Shown: one piece after another, positions 12,877-23,541 of the stretch | Layout: every line of letters begins with the position of its first letter | Numbering within the stretch: position 1 is the first letter of the stretch | Assembly: GCA_001949185.1 (NCBI GenBank) | Contig: BDGG01000015.1 | Location: 687,036 to 751,035 of the forward strand | Direction of reading: 5' to 3' | DNA length: 64,000 bases | DNA from: Ramazzottius varieornatus | Taxonomy: Eukaryota; Animalia; Tardigrada | Made by a program: the position numbers and the translations under genes | Notes under the pieces: generated by a model | Database searches by the model: none | Told to the model about the DNA's origin: nothing | What the model saw: the letters and a program-made list of their open reading frames with translations, nothing else

Positions 12877-14195
12877 TCAGAGATCAGTTGAGAAATTTTC
12901 CATGTTTTGGTCTGCCGCACTGTCCATGGCGTTATTGGCATGGTCAGGTTCTTGCAGGGAACTAGGCTTGGCAAGCGATGCCAAATGAGCGGTGAGATCT
13001 AGGGTGATTGCTTCATACTCTTCGTACTGCGCCTTCAGTGCTTCGATCTCTTTCAGAACTCGCCTACGACCTACGCCAATCTTCTCTTTTGTCGTTTCCT
13101 CAAGCTTTCCGTCTACGGTAAAAATCTAGTTTCATAATTTCATCTTTGAGAAACTGTTTTGTTTGATTGCTAACTGGTTCGGAGAATGTTGATGAAGCCG
13201 TTAAAACGATGCCGGACTTACAGTCAATTTCGGGATATTTGTAGAAGGCTTCTGGCTTTCGAGTGTTGAGCAAGGCCGACATCATTGTAGTTGGTTCATT
13301 AAAGACCTGCAGAAGAAAAACCAGGATAGCATATTTTGCTAAACAGAATTAAGTCCGAAGCTCATACAAATTCATCGTGATACTCCCAGATGTTGTAACC
13401 GTCTCCGCTGGAGTATCGCCTGGGATCATTGTCCTTCAGCAAGAGACGTACCCATGTGTACAGAGTTACCTGTAAAGCAAAGGGTCGGTGTTGTGTTTTG
13501 AACGATGATCTGGTAGACTGGCCTTATCGGTCGACAGCCGTACTTCAGAACTCACTTCACGTTCGTGCGGATCGTGGAAGAACACCTTCACCTGCACATC
13601 AAACTCGCCCCATCCCGTCTCTTCAACCTCAAAAGGGTACTGAGTCACACCTAGAAGCACGCCAGAAGAGTAGGGACAAAGAAAAAGGTGGCGAAGGTAA
13701 AGGTTTTGTAGAAGAAGGTTTACTGCGGATGTGGTCTGGATACGACTCGTGGAGCTTGAACTGAACTTTCTTGATCCATATCCCCAGATCCTAGGGCGAC
13801 CACCAACAAGTTCAAACACCAACCAAGACTATTTCATGATTCAAGAAGGGTTTGTACCTCGTTATCGAACGGGCGTAGATACAGACACCACCTGTGCGTA
13901 TGCTGCTTCTGCGGGACACTTCCGGCAGGCGCCGAGTTACCGCTTGAGAGACTGAGATCCACAGGGTCGTTGGCGCAGACATCAGGGACCGAACTTTCCA
14001 TAGGCTTTGAGCGACATCCAATCAGGAAGGGCTTGACAATCTGAACATTCTGCAGAAGCAACAAGGCTACTCGATGGGATAAAGTTGGCACCAAGGAAGT
14101 ACAGTAGCAAGCTTAGGATGGCTTACCTTCTGACGACCACCAGAGTCCATTCCCCAGTTCTTCTTCTGCACCTTTCGGTTCTGTTGTGAAAACAT
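12877..14195 (-). CDS. YEATS4: YEATS domain-containing protein 4 (GAS41/Yaf9); 7 exons (14195-14127, 14049-13858, 13790-13724, 13650-13556, 13469-13368, 13306-13222, 13112-12877); start may be ATG at 14150
   Basis: IVKPFLIG...HTHRWCLYLRP...IKKVQFKLHESY...PFEVEETGWGEF...EYHDEFVFNEPT followed by a C-terminal coiled coil. Confidence 0.92.
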
Positions 14196-14986
14196 TGTTC
14201 CCGTTGACCTGCCAAAAAGAAGCGATGAGGAAGCACTGCGGCACTGCGCCGGTCGGCGAAAGTCTTCCAGGACTTAGCAAGGTGGGAAATGGACCGGAAG
14301 TCAGCTGAGCAAGCAGAGCGAAAATTTATGACCAGGAAAACAATCAAACGTAAACAAACCCCTGGCCGCAATATCAAAAGTAGACTTGCTGGAAATTCTC
14401 AGTTTTTGACGAATTTGGCGAATGAAGGAACAGGTGTCGAGCGCAGGTGTGCAGTGAGCATCAGAACATGACGACACGCACCTAAAAACAGCGGTTCCGT
14501 GACCGTTTGACTTGACTAGATGCACTCGAACGCTGAACAACTACAAGACTGGTTGGTTGACAAAAATTTGCACTGCGTGCATTCAGCCGGTAAAGGGGCC
14601 GAACAAAGTAGTCGAATCGAGCCAATCGCAGATTTATTCAGGAAATGGAGAATTTCCAGCGGCTCTAATTAAAAGTATTCCTCCGTGGGTGGTTGGTCGG
14701 GTCGGCTCGAACCTGTTCAGCCGTTCGGTGGTCAAGGCAATGCCATGATTGCCATCACAGTGTTCATAGCTCACACTTGATTAAGATGGTACGCCCCAAA
14801 ACCGAGGGCTTGCGCTGAGTCGCTGATTGAGCGGCACATTTTTGCCCTCATCCATTGCGCCGCGCCAGATTTTCAGTGAGCTTTTTTCCCAGCTGATGCA
14901 TCGTCGTCCATTCTTCTTGGATCTTCCCCAAATCTTCCATAATCCATCTTTGCTCTGCCACTAAGTCTCCTCTTCTGTATTGTGCT

Positions 14987-15985
14987 ATGCCTCGTACCAA
15001 GGTCAATAATGCTCGTATCACACATCGGATGGGTGGTGCTTTCCGTCCCGGTAACGCAATTCGACTTCAAATAGCCCGACTAGATCCAGCACTGGCAGTC
15101 GGCGTTCCGGTGAACCCAGCCCGCGCAGCTCCAGACTCAGCTCGAAATGCCACTGTGGTTTCTCCAGTGCGTGTCCACCGCACAATCATCGTGACCATTC
15201 AAACGCATCCAGCTCAAGTCAAAGTGGAACCATCACCGTTGAAGCGACCTTTTCCAGATGTTATCGAGTTCTGAGGTAATCACTCGGCCAAGTGTTATCC
15301 ATAAGGCGTGTCTGTATTCACATGATGGTTTTCCTCCGCAGGACCTGTGGCGGGAGCAAGCACGCACAAACTACGCCTTGGAAAGATTATGAAGTCGTTC
15401 CTCCAGGTGTGTAAGACAGTCAATTGCACCGATCTCAAGGCCATGTGTTCACCTCGCAAGTATCTTGTTGACAGGTGGTCCTGCCAAACCTCTGGACGAA
15501 AACGTGTTCTCGTGCGAACAGAAAGCGCCGGGCAAAATGCGTCTGGATGGACAGTCTAACATCTGGGATCCTACAGGCCAGCTTGATGGACATAGAACGC
15601 CGAAAGTTCACGGGAAAAGAATTGCTTCGCGGTGAGTTCCGAATAGTCCTTTGTCATCCGAAGAGAATCAGATCAAGTGGCGCATGTGTTTAGTGTAACC
15701 GCATGGAAGTGTGCGCCACGTGACAGAAGGATATGGCCGAGCTGGTTTGCTCAGGTCCCAACTGTCATATTGTTGTTTACAGAAGTCGTCAACGAGTTGC
15801 TGTCATTGGACTCTGCGCGTAGTAAGGAACCGCTGAAGGTACGCTCGGCGAATGGAAAGGGCGTGACAGCTCTGGTTTCTCCCGCCTTCCTAAAGCTATC
15901 AAAGGGATAACGATGAACCTTGTCTCATGCTTCTGAAGAATGGAAAAGTTTATTCTACAACTGACGTTGAGTGATTTGGCGGAAT
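14987..15985 (+). pseudogene. Spliced unit of unknown function with an in-frame TGA (pseudogene, short ORF or mis-modelled gene)
   Basis: Canonical short introns (about 15276-15341, 15407-15474, 15632-15782) join open frames, but TGA at 15272-15274 interrupts the frame. No recognisable domain. Confidence 0.3.
15674..15760. mobile_element. Palindromic AAGTGGCGCAC element, 1 unit
   Basis: CAAGTGGCGCAT...GTGCGCCACGTG plus GTTTGCTCAGGTCCCA end. Confidence 0.8.
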
Positions 15986-16644
15986 ATGTTCGAACCGAGC
16001 ACGAGAAAGGCAACAACCCAAAGTTCGATGATCTGAAGAACTAAAACGTAGTGGAGCTGCTGCAAGGTTATCTGAAAACTTACTACTGACTGGTAGGGAA
16101 GTCAAACGCTACAGTTTGCAACTAGAGGATTTTTCTGATGAAAGTTTCTGTTTCAGACTGTCGGCGGACAGCCACCAATGTTTCCTGTGGAAAAGCCTTT
16201 GTAATCTTCTGCAGGTCAGCACTGCACCGTAACTCATGGGTGTGCTGTTTTCTGTTTCAAGTTGCTGTTCATTCCAGGTGCCGTTAGTGTTTTATCCATT
16301 TAGTTATCTTAGCTTACGTCGTTGCTTCATGTCGCTGACTTGAGGCTGGCTTCTCGTTTCATCAGTTATTCAGTATATATTCTCCAAAACGCAGGTCCGT
16401 GGAAAATAACTACAGACCGTCTGCGCTGACTACTTCCGGTCAAACACATGGCCAACAATAATGCAAAGGTCGTTTGGCCAAGGTGTTCATCTCTCATTTT
16501 CTCGCCTTGCAGGCTTTCTCACCAAAAAATAGAAGGTCGTTAGAATCTTTTCATCGAGGTAAGCGGGTGAATTGGATGACTATTTATACAAAGTTAGATT
16601 TCGTGGCAGAGGCAAGCAGTGCAACATCGGAGAACGCAGAGGTA

Positions 16645-19600
16645 TCACAGTAGGCTGGTTCGAGGCTCCGAATTGGAAGAGAGTCGTCTGCGACTCTTTG
16701 AGAACTTTCTTCGACAATACTCCTTTATATCCAGTTTGACACAAACGTAGGACAAGAATGCGAAGGCGAAGTAGAGATGTTTACTAAGGTCCCTGGCTGG
16801 TTCGTACGTGATGAGCTGTTCCGTTGACGTTTGCAGCAAGCACACTGGATAGATGGACAAGACGGTCCAGAAGGACAGCACAATCTCCAACATGTTTGTT
16901 AGCAGGTAGAAGATGGAGCTGTAGAGAAGGATAGTGAAGGCCGAAGAGGACGTGGCGTGCGTCGACTTCTTCATCGTGTTGGTCCTGCCTACACCGTTGG
17001 CGCTGGGTCCACGCGTCGGCTTCCGGCTCAGTGTGGAATTAGAAGAAGCTTTAGAGTTGCCTTTGTACATGATGGAGTTTTGCACACTAAGGCCCATCGT
17101 TTCTCGGGAACTCTTCAGTCGAACCAGAATAAGCCAGTTGAGGACGACGATGATGATGGTAGCACTGAGGCGGATGATGACTTCGAACCAGGCGTCAAAG
17201 ATGCGCCACTGTCGAAGTCCCGGAGGGTACTGTGGCAGACTGGCTTGAGACTGGATCTTCATGTGGTTGAAGACCCAGTAGTACATGACTGGGTTGATGA
17301 GCGAGCAGAGAGCGGTGGAAGAATAGATCAGGCCGACAACGACCAAACTTGTCGTGCGCCGGAAGCTACTGCTGGTTTTGTGCTGCAGCGGCGACGTCAG
17401 GGCGTGGTAGCGATCGATGCAGAAAACAACCAAGATCCTGTAAAGAAATTGAAAAGAAGTGGAAGTCAGTTGGAAGTCAGCCCGATACTCCATTGCATAA
17501 CTTCAAAAAACTTGAATACGCGACGAGACACTTCTGTCGAGTGGCGCACATTCCAGTGTTACTAGCCGAAAGAGTGCGCCATTTGAGAAACGATCCTGCA
17601 GAGTCCGATTGTTTTCCTAACTGGCGCATATTGCCGGTATATTTGGCTAGATGGGTGGGCCACTCGCAAAAACGATCCTCTTGAACTTGTTTGCCGAGTT
17701 CCCATTTAATTGCCCGATTGATACAAGAGGGGTGATTTCGGCTATAATCATATGCGTACCAGGTCTGATTATGAAACAGTGTTCTGGTCTGAAAACACCT
17801 AGAAAGTATGATTTCACAGAGGAAAAACCAAGAAATTGGTAAGAAAGTTTGATTTTAGTCTGTTTCCACCTAGTATCCGACCATATTCCAACCGAAACAC
17901 TGTTTCATAATCAAACCTGTTACGCATACGATACTAGTATGCTGCGAATTTTCTGACCCTTTTTTTCAATAGGGTTGGTCTTGGTTTAGAAACAGCGAGA
18001 AACTAAGGATTCGGACCGTGGTCATCAATTCGATCGCTTACTACTGTAGTTTCACACAGTGACGAGGCAGTTTCCAGATAATTGCCTTGACTTTCTTTGT
18101 CCGCCTTATCGAATTAGGGATAAGTTGGATTGCGGCAAAACTATTCCCGATGGCGTGTTGGAAGCTTATCTTTATGGAAAGGTTTGTAGCTAATGTGGCT
18201 AACATGGTTATGTCGTGCAGGAAAAAGGGTATCCTGGCCTTACCCTTGAGAGGAGAAACTGAGGAGGGCATCCAGGAATGACCATACACCGTGAGTCCAT
18301 TCGAAAAAGTGACCGTAGGCTTTTTTCGTCTCCGGCTCAATTTCCCAGACGTCCACACCTAATAGGATGATCATCCGGTTCCACCTGCAAAACACCAGGT
18401 GATTTTCTTAATGGCGCTACTCTCAAATTGACTTCACCTGCTCGATGACACATACGACCTTCGCGCAGTAGCTTAATTTTTATCTAGGGAATTTCGTTTA
18501 TATACACTTCCTCATGTCCAAATTCGGTGAGATTGGTTAATTATTTACCGGATTGATCTGATATTGTCATCAATTTACGCGTTGCTTTCCTGCGGACCGA
18601 GTAAATTAAAAGTAATGAACGCGACGTGAGTTCTTCATTAAGCGGCCAACCGAAAAGTGAACGACGGAAAGGTTCCTGTATTTTTTCATGCTGTTGAAAC
18701 TCTGAACGCGAGCTTTATTGCCATTTGGAACTTGCAACGTAATATTCCAACTGAATGCCATTAAGCTGATGGCAGGTCCATGGTTCAAACAGCGGTGAGG
18801 TCTCCAGGTCGACTCTATCGTAAAACGCTGCTGACAGAAGAGGAAGCCATAGGCCATAGGTCATGATGTTGATGTGCGGGTTATGCCCTTTGATATTTGG
18901 TAGTAAAGCTCCACGCTGAGCGGGACATTAGAGTTGTCAGTGGGTTGTCCATGTCCGGAGATATAGCCCGGATCTGTAACCTGAGCTCCTCCATGACTTT
19001 CGCCTGATTGGTAACCCTTACTCTAACTAACGCCTTGTCCTGCATCCCCGCCATGATTAGCGTCATCAATGCGCAATGGTAGACAACCAGTATAGTGGCT
19101 GCCACGTAAGACATCACCAGACGGAAATGACCACCTCTGGCAAGATTCGAAATTCAGGCGGTGCGAAAAGACTGAAATAAATCGATCTACAGTCCGCGAG
19201 GCTGGAGTTTTGACATTTACCTGGAAAAGTAGTTTACCGAGTCAAGTGTTGGAAACGCACTCAGCTAGCTGTCATCGCTCGTGCGTTTCTGAAGGCCTAA
19301 ATGACGTTCGTGGGCAAAATCACTCGACTCAAATTGAAGTATTTTGACAGAGTAGTTTTATAAATTAAGAGTTTTTGTTCACTAATATGCACTGTCGAGG
19401 TGTTTCGATCATCTGTCAGATAAAGATTACGCACAATATATACACGCGCCTGGCCTAAATGTGGCCATGGACGAAGCTGTGGGCAGCGAAGGGAAAGGAG
19501 CATTGCTTCGATTGATTTTTTGATGGAACAACTTTAGGTGGCCCGTGCCGCCTCCGCATCCGCTGCCCAAGTTGTGTTCATACCCACATTTAGGCTAGGC

Positions 19601-20013
19601 GCGGGTAATTGATTTTGATTGGTTGATGGGGCTTACAGGTAGCAGACATCAGTGACGAACATTCCCAGTAAGAAAATGCGTCGACTGCGCGAAGCATCGG
19701 CGGTGCCCGAGCGACTTCCGCGTCGGCGTTGGCCATCGGTCTGTCGGTGTTCCCTCGGCACCAGAATAATGCCCAAAATGTTGCCGACGGTACCGATGGC
19801 CAGCAGGATGGGGAAAGAGACGCGGGTAATCCAGACTGCTTGCGACTCGTCGGTGGTGGTGAAGCGCGTTGGCTGTTGTCGACCACAGCTGTCGACGGTA
19901 TTTGACGGCATAATCAGGGTCGAATTCATGGCATCTAGTGCCGTAGAGAAGTTGTGCAAGCTCAACAGATTAGACGCCGATAAATCTGCATCGGTGCCTG
20001 TCGTCATCGTCAT
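16645..20013 (-). CDS. Divergent orphan rhodopsin-family (peptide-receptor-like) GPCR; exons 20013-19637, 18384-18244, 17437-16645
   Basis: N-glycosylation sites in the N-terminus, FPILLAIGTVGN (TM1), VTD (TM2), ILVVFCIDRY (TM3), four further hydrophobic helices. Exon phases join exactly. Confidence 0.82.
17520..17704. mobile_element. Palindromic AAGTGGCGCAC element, 2 units (orphan GPCR intron)
   Basis: Two units and TTGTTTGCCGAGTTCCCA end. Confidence 0.85.
17751..17928. mobile_element. MITE-like inverted repeat, about 180 bp
   Basis: 33-bp arms TATGCGTA(C/A)CAGGT(C/T)TGATTATGAAACAGTGTT. Confidence 0.7.
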
Positions 20014-21857
20014 TGCTGGCAATACAGAATCAAATTATCCCACTCCAGTCAGTGGCGCACACAGAGGGTCCAGCTCTTGCCGTTCTTATTGCCTCCTCCA
20101 GTATGCAAAGTACGGTCGCTAGATATTCTTCATGGCCCACAATACGAACAATCGAAAATCGTTGTAATGTTCCTTCTAACTGACGGAGTGCGTTTGAATA
20201 AAATAATAACAACACCGACAATACGGCTCCAGTATCCCAAAATAACCTACACAATGGAAATGCTGAGACGGTAAGAATGCTGAATGCGGTGGAAAACCGT
20301 TCAGGTCGTTTAAGAAAATATAATATTCCCACAAGGTCCTGCTGGTGTATTGGGTAATGGTTGCTAATAGAATAAAATGGATAGAGGTCCCCGAAGAAGA
20401 AGAAGGCGGGCCTTGTGTAGGCACCAGAGGCGCGGCAAGTGATCGGATCATGCGCCACTCATTGCGGGTGAGAGTATTGGACGGGGATTAACGCATGGCC
20501 GCTCTTTGACGCCAAGTTCCGAAAAAAGGGGAAAAGGAAAAGCAGTGTAAAGGAAATGGATCTGTTCGGCAGCAGCTTGTTTTTGCAGAGTCGCGAGTGG
20601 AGTGGCCGTCTTTGTTGAGAGGGTCGTGTCAACGGCGAATTCTCTGTGGAGCGACGGCGACGTCCACGCGCGCGCCGCTTGATGTGGCAGTGTTGAAGCG
20701 GATAAGTCGAAGAGACAGATGACTGATTAACTTACAAAGCTGTGCCAAGACATCGCAAACGATATGCAGGCCCCCCAATAGAAATCACATTAGCCACAGA
20801 CCAAGCATCAAACATGCTAACTGCATCATATTCCCCACGCTCTCCATCTCCCCTCTAAATCTCTCTTTCTGTGCTAGAGACATTGCTTACAAAATTAGGT
20901 AAGAAAAAATTTTTTGAAGGTCGTCAAGAGATTTCTCTCGGTTGTCATCCCCTGAGATGTGGGAATGTTTCAAGGGCATGTACGAACTTCCTTTCTTCCT
21001 AGGTCGGTCTGGACCTCGCTGAAGATGTCGATCGGATACTTGCGATTGCTTATACTACGCTGTGTCGAACTGTCAGACTGTAGCACTGTCAACGTTTGTC
21101 TAGCTAGAGTCCCTCCGTGATTTATGTGTTTTGGGTAGCTTTGTACTTAGGTCGTCTGGGATGCGATTGAAGACTTCAGCCCGTACAGCCCGCCCATTTC
21201 CTGCGGCAAATCGCCGGATAATCAAATGTCGCAACCTATACAATTTGCCATTGATTTCAGCCCACCCTCGGTTCTTGACATGCCTTTGTCACGGGTCGGG
21301 AACTTCGGCAGCTTCAAGGCTTGGAATGGAAGATAAATATTTTCATTGCGGAAGAAGGAGTCTGATCGGTGGACTTTGGAGAGCTGTTAAAATTACGGAA
21401 GTCAACGTCTGTGCAGCTGAGCAAGAGTCAGGCTGTTGAAGGAGTTTTTAACTGCCAGCTAAACGATCGTCGAGAGCTGTAATCGTTTTTTACCAGCCGT
21501 AATTGTGCCAAAGATTAGTGTCGAATCATGGAACATTCAGAAAGGGTGCTTAGCATCACAGTTGACGAACTGTGAAATTCAAATTGCGCAGGCTTCCTTC
21601 CCCACCACAGCTCAGGCCAACGCACAAACGTGCCAAAAAGCTTTTTCGGCATTTATACAGTATATTTCCTTGATCCATTCGAGGGAAAATATTCGTAAAA
21701 AGAATGCCGATTAAGATTTGATGTGTACCATGTAAAAGGAAACGGAACAAATTGTTTCAGTACTGTATGCATGTTGACGTCGGAAGTTGACATCGAGCGA
21801 GTAGACTGGTAGATTCGATAATGTTTGAGTGTCCAAATGCAGCTTTGGAACACTCAC

Positions 21858-22059
21858 GTGCAGACAATTACAGAATCTGATTAGGTAAAGTGTCAAAAAG
21901 TCAGTCGTCAAGCCTTCCACTTGGGCCTTGATCTGCTGAAACTTTCCTGCTGCAGAGCTTGAGCCAGTCAAAGTGTCACTTTTATGACTTCGGATCGGGC
22001 GTATTCCCGATGGATCCTGTTGGATTTCGGCAAGACCCTGAAATCGATCGTCATCATCG
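21858..22059 (-). other. Isolated exon-like open frame (AG...GT bounded), possibly part of an unmodelled gene
   Basis: TTTTTTAG acceptor, 67 open codons (DDDDRFQGLAEIQQ...CNCLH), GTGAGT donor. No homology recognised. Confidence 0.2.
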
Positions 22060-22502
22060 CTAAAAAACCAGACAAAAAGGAAGTTCGCTCAAAGAATTCT
22101 GGAATCGAAAAAGAAACTAGATGCGCCTGGTGCGATACGTATTCTGTATAAACACAGAGAATATTCGTAGAAAAGTGGCGCTTTCGAGGAGCTTGAGTAG
22201 GTTAACCGCCAGGCTCACCCGTCAAACAACAGGAGCTTTACCAGAGCTTGCACAAACTTTCCTCCATCGGCGCAAATCGTAATGATTCCAACTCTATTTT
22301 TGTTCCGACATCCACCCTTGACCGACGACCTTAGTCACCCTGAAACAATATTCAGACATATTTTTCAATTTGCTGCAAGTTCAGAATCACATTTTTGAAA
22401 TATTCATTAAAGGAACTTCAGGAGAGCCGCATCTGTCTGAATTTTCCTGTAATAAATTTGCTACGGATTGTAATACTCGACTACCAACAGAACTTTCAAA
22501 GA

Positions 22503-23162
22503 ATGTACGGTAAAATGAGCCTTTTGTTTTTTGACGTTGTCGGTCTAGCCCTGATGAAGAGCCAAACGCAAGCGGCGTCACTGTCGATGAACCTCAACAG
22601 CGAGGCGCTAATGAGCACCCTCCGTCAGGTGGCGCCACACATGGTGCCGGCTCGTCAGTACCGCGAGGACAACGAGGAGGACTCCTTTGAGGAGGAACGC
22701 CAACAGCACGGTCCCAACCACGAATACAACCGACAGATGGCCAGCTGGCAGCAGCTGGCATCGGCTCTTCAGTTTGCTCCCCTCCACGACCAAGAACGCG
22801 AGGCTCACGAGGCAGCTGCTCGACAGAGAGAGGAGGACGAAGAGGAACGAGCTCGTCAGGTTCGTGGCGCTGCTGACTGGGACCAGGAAACCCACGTCTA
22901 CGACTATCAGAAAGCCCTCGATCTAGCTCCAGCGGAAGCCCAGCAACGCGCTGCTGCCCATCAGTACCATCACGAAAACCGTGGTCCTTATCGCGCTGCG
23001 CACCAGGATTACGATGACCATTACTATAACTATAACTATAACGAAGGTGGAGATGGTGACGATGGATACGTTCCTAACTACGAGGACGGTTTCGAAAACA
23101 ATGACATCCTCATTAGGGGTGGAGAAAACAGCGGATACCCTCGCATTTATATTAGAGGCTAA
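22503..23162 (+). CDS. Intronless putative secreted acidic low-complexity protein (E/Q/A/H/Y/D-rich)
   Basis: ATG at 22503 or 22515, hydrophobic signal-like N-terminus, GC-rich codon-biased ORF of about 220 aa flanked by AT-rich DNA, ending ...GYPRIYIRG*. Confidence 0.72.
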   Translation: MYGKMSLLFFDVVGLALMKSQTQAASLSMNLNSEALMSTLRQVAPHMVPARQYREDNEEDSFEEERQQHGPNHEYNRQMASWQQLASALQFAPLHDQEREAHEAAARQREEDEEERARQVRGAADWDQETHVYDYQKALDLAPAEAQQRAAAHQYHHENRGPYRAAHQDYDDHYYNYNYNEGGDGDDGYVPNYEDGFENNDILIRGGENSGYPRIYIRG

Positions 23163-23541
23163 ATGAGCCGCATAGTCCATTTTTTTCTTTTTCCTCCCTT
23201 TTGAAACCCGTTTGTTTTTCATTACGGTTTTCCTGATCCATATGAAGATTAGTAAAATTACCATGATGTTACTTGGCGCTGTCGTTCTTCCTTTTTGGAT
23301 GTTTCGTCCATTCGAAAAAGTTTTCCCCCACTCGGCGGGCAGATTAACAGTCCCGCTCAGCCCGCTGGCAAAAAAACATGTTCAATTGTCCTCAGCAGGT
23401 TTTTCAGTTATTTTCCATTTCAAAGCCATAAAAAAAATCCAGTTGGTTTTGGTGCGCCCTCTCGGTAGGGTTCCATGTGCGATATACAGATTATAGTTCG
23501 TTCGTAAAAGCAATATGAGGCTAAATCATAAATATCAAAAT

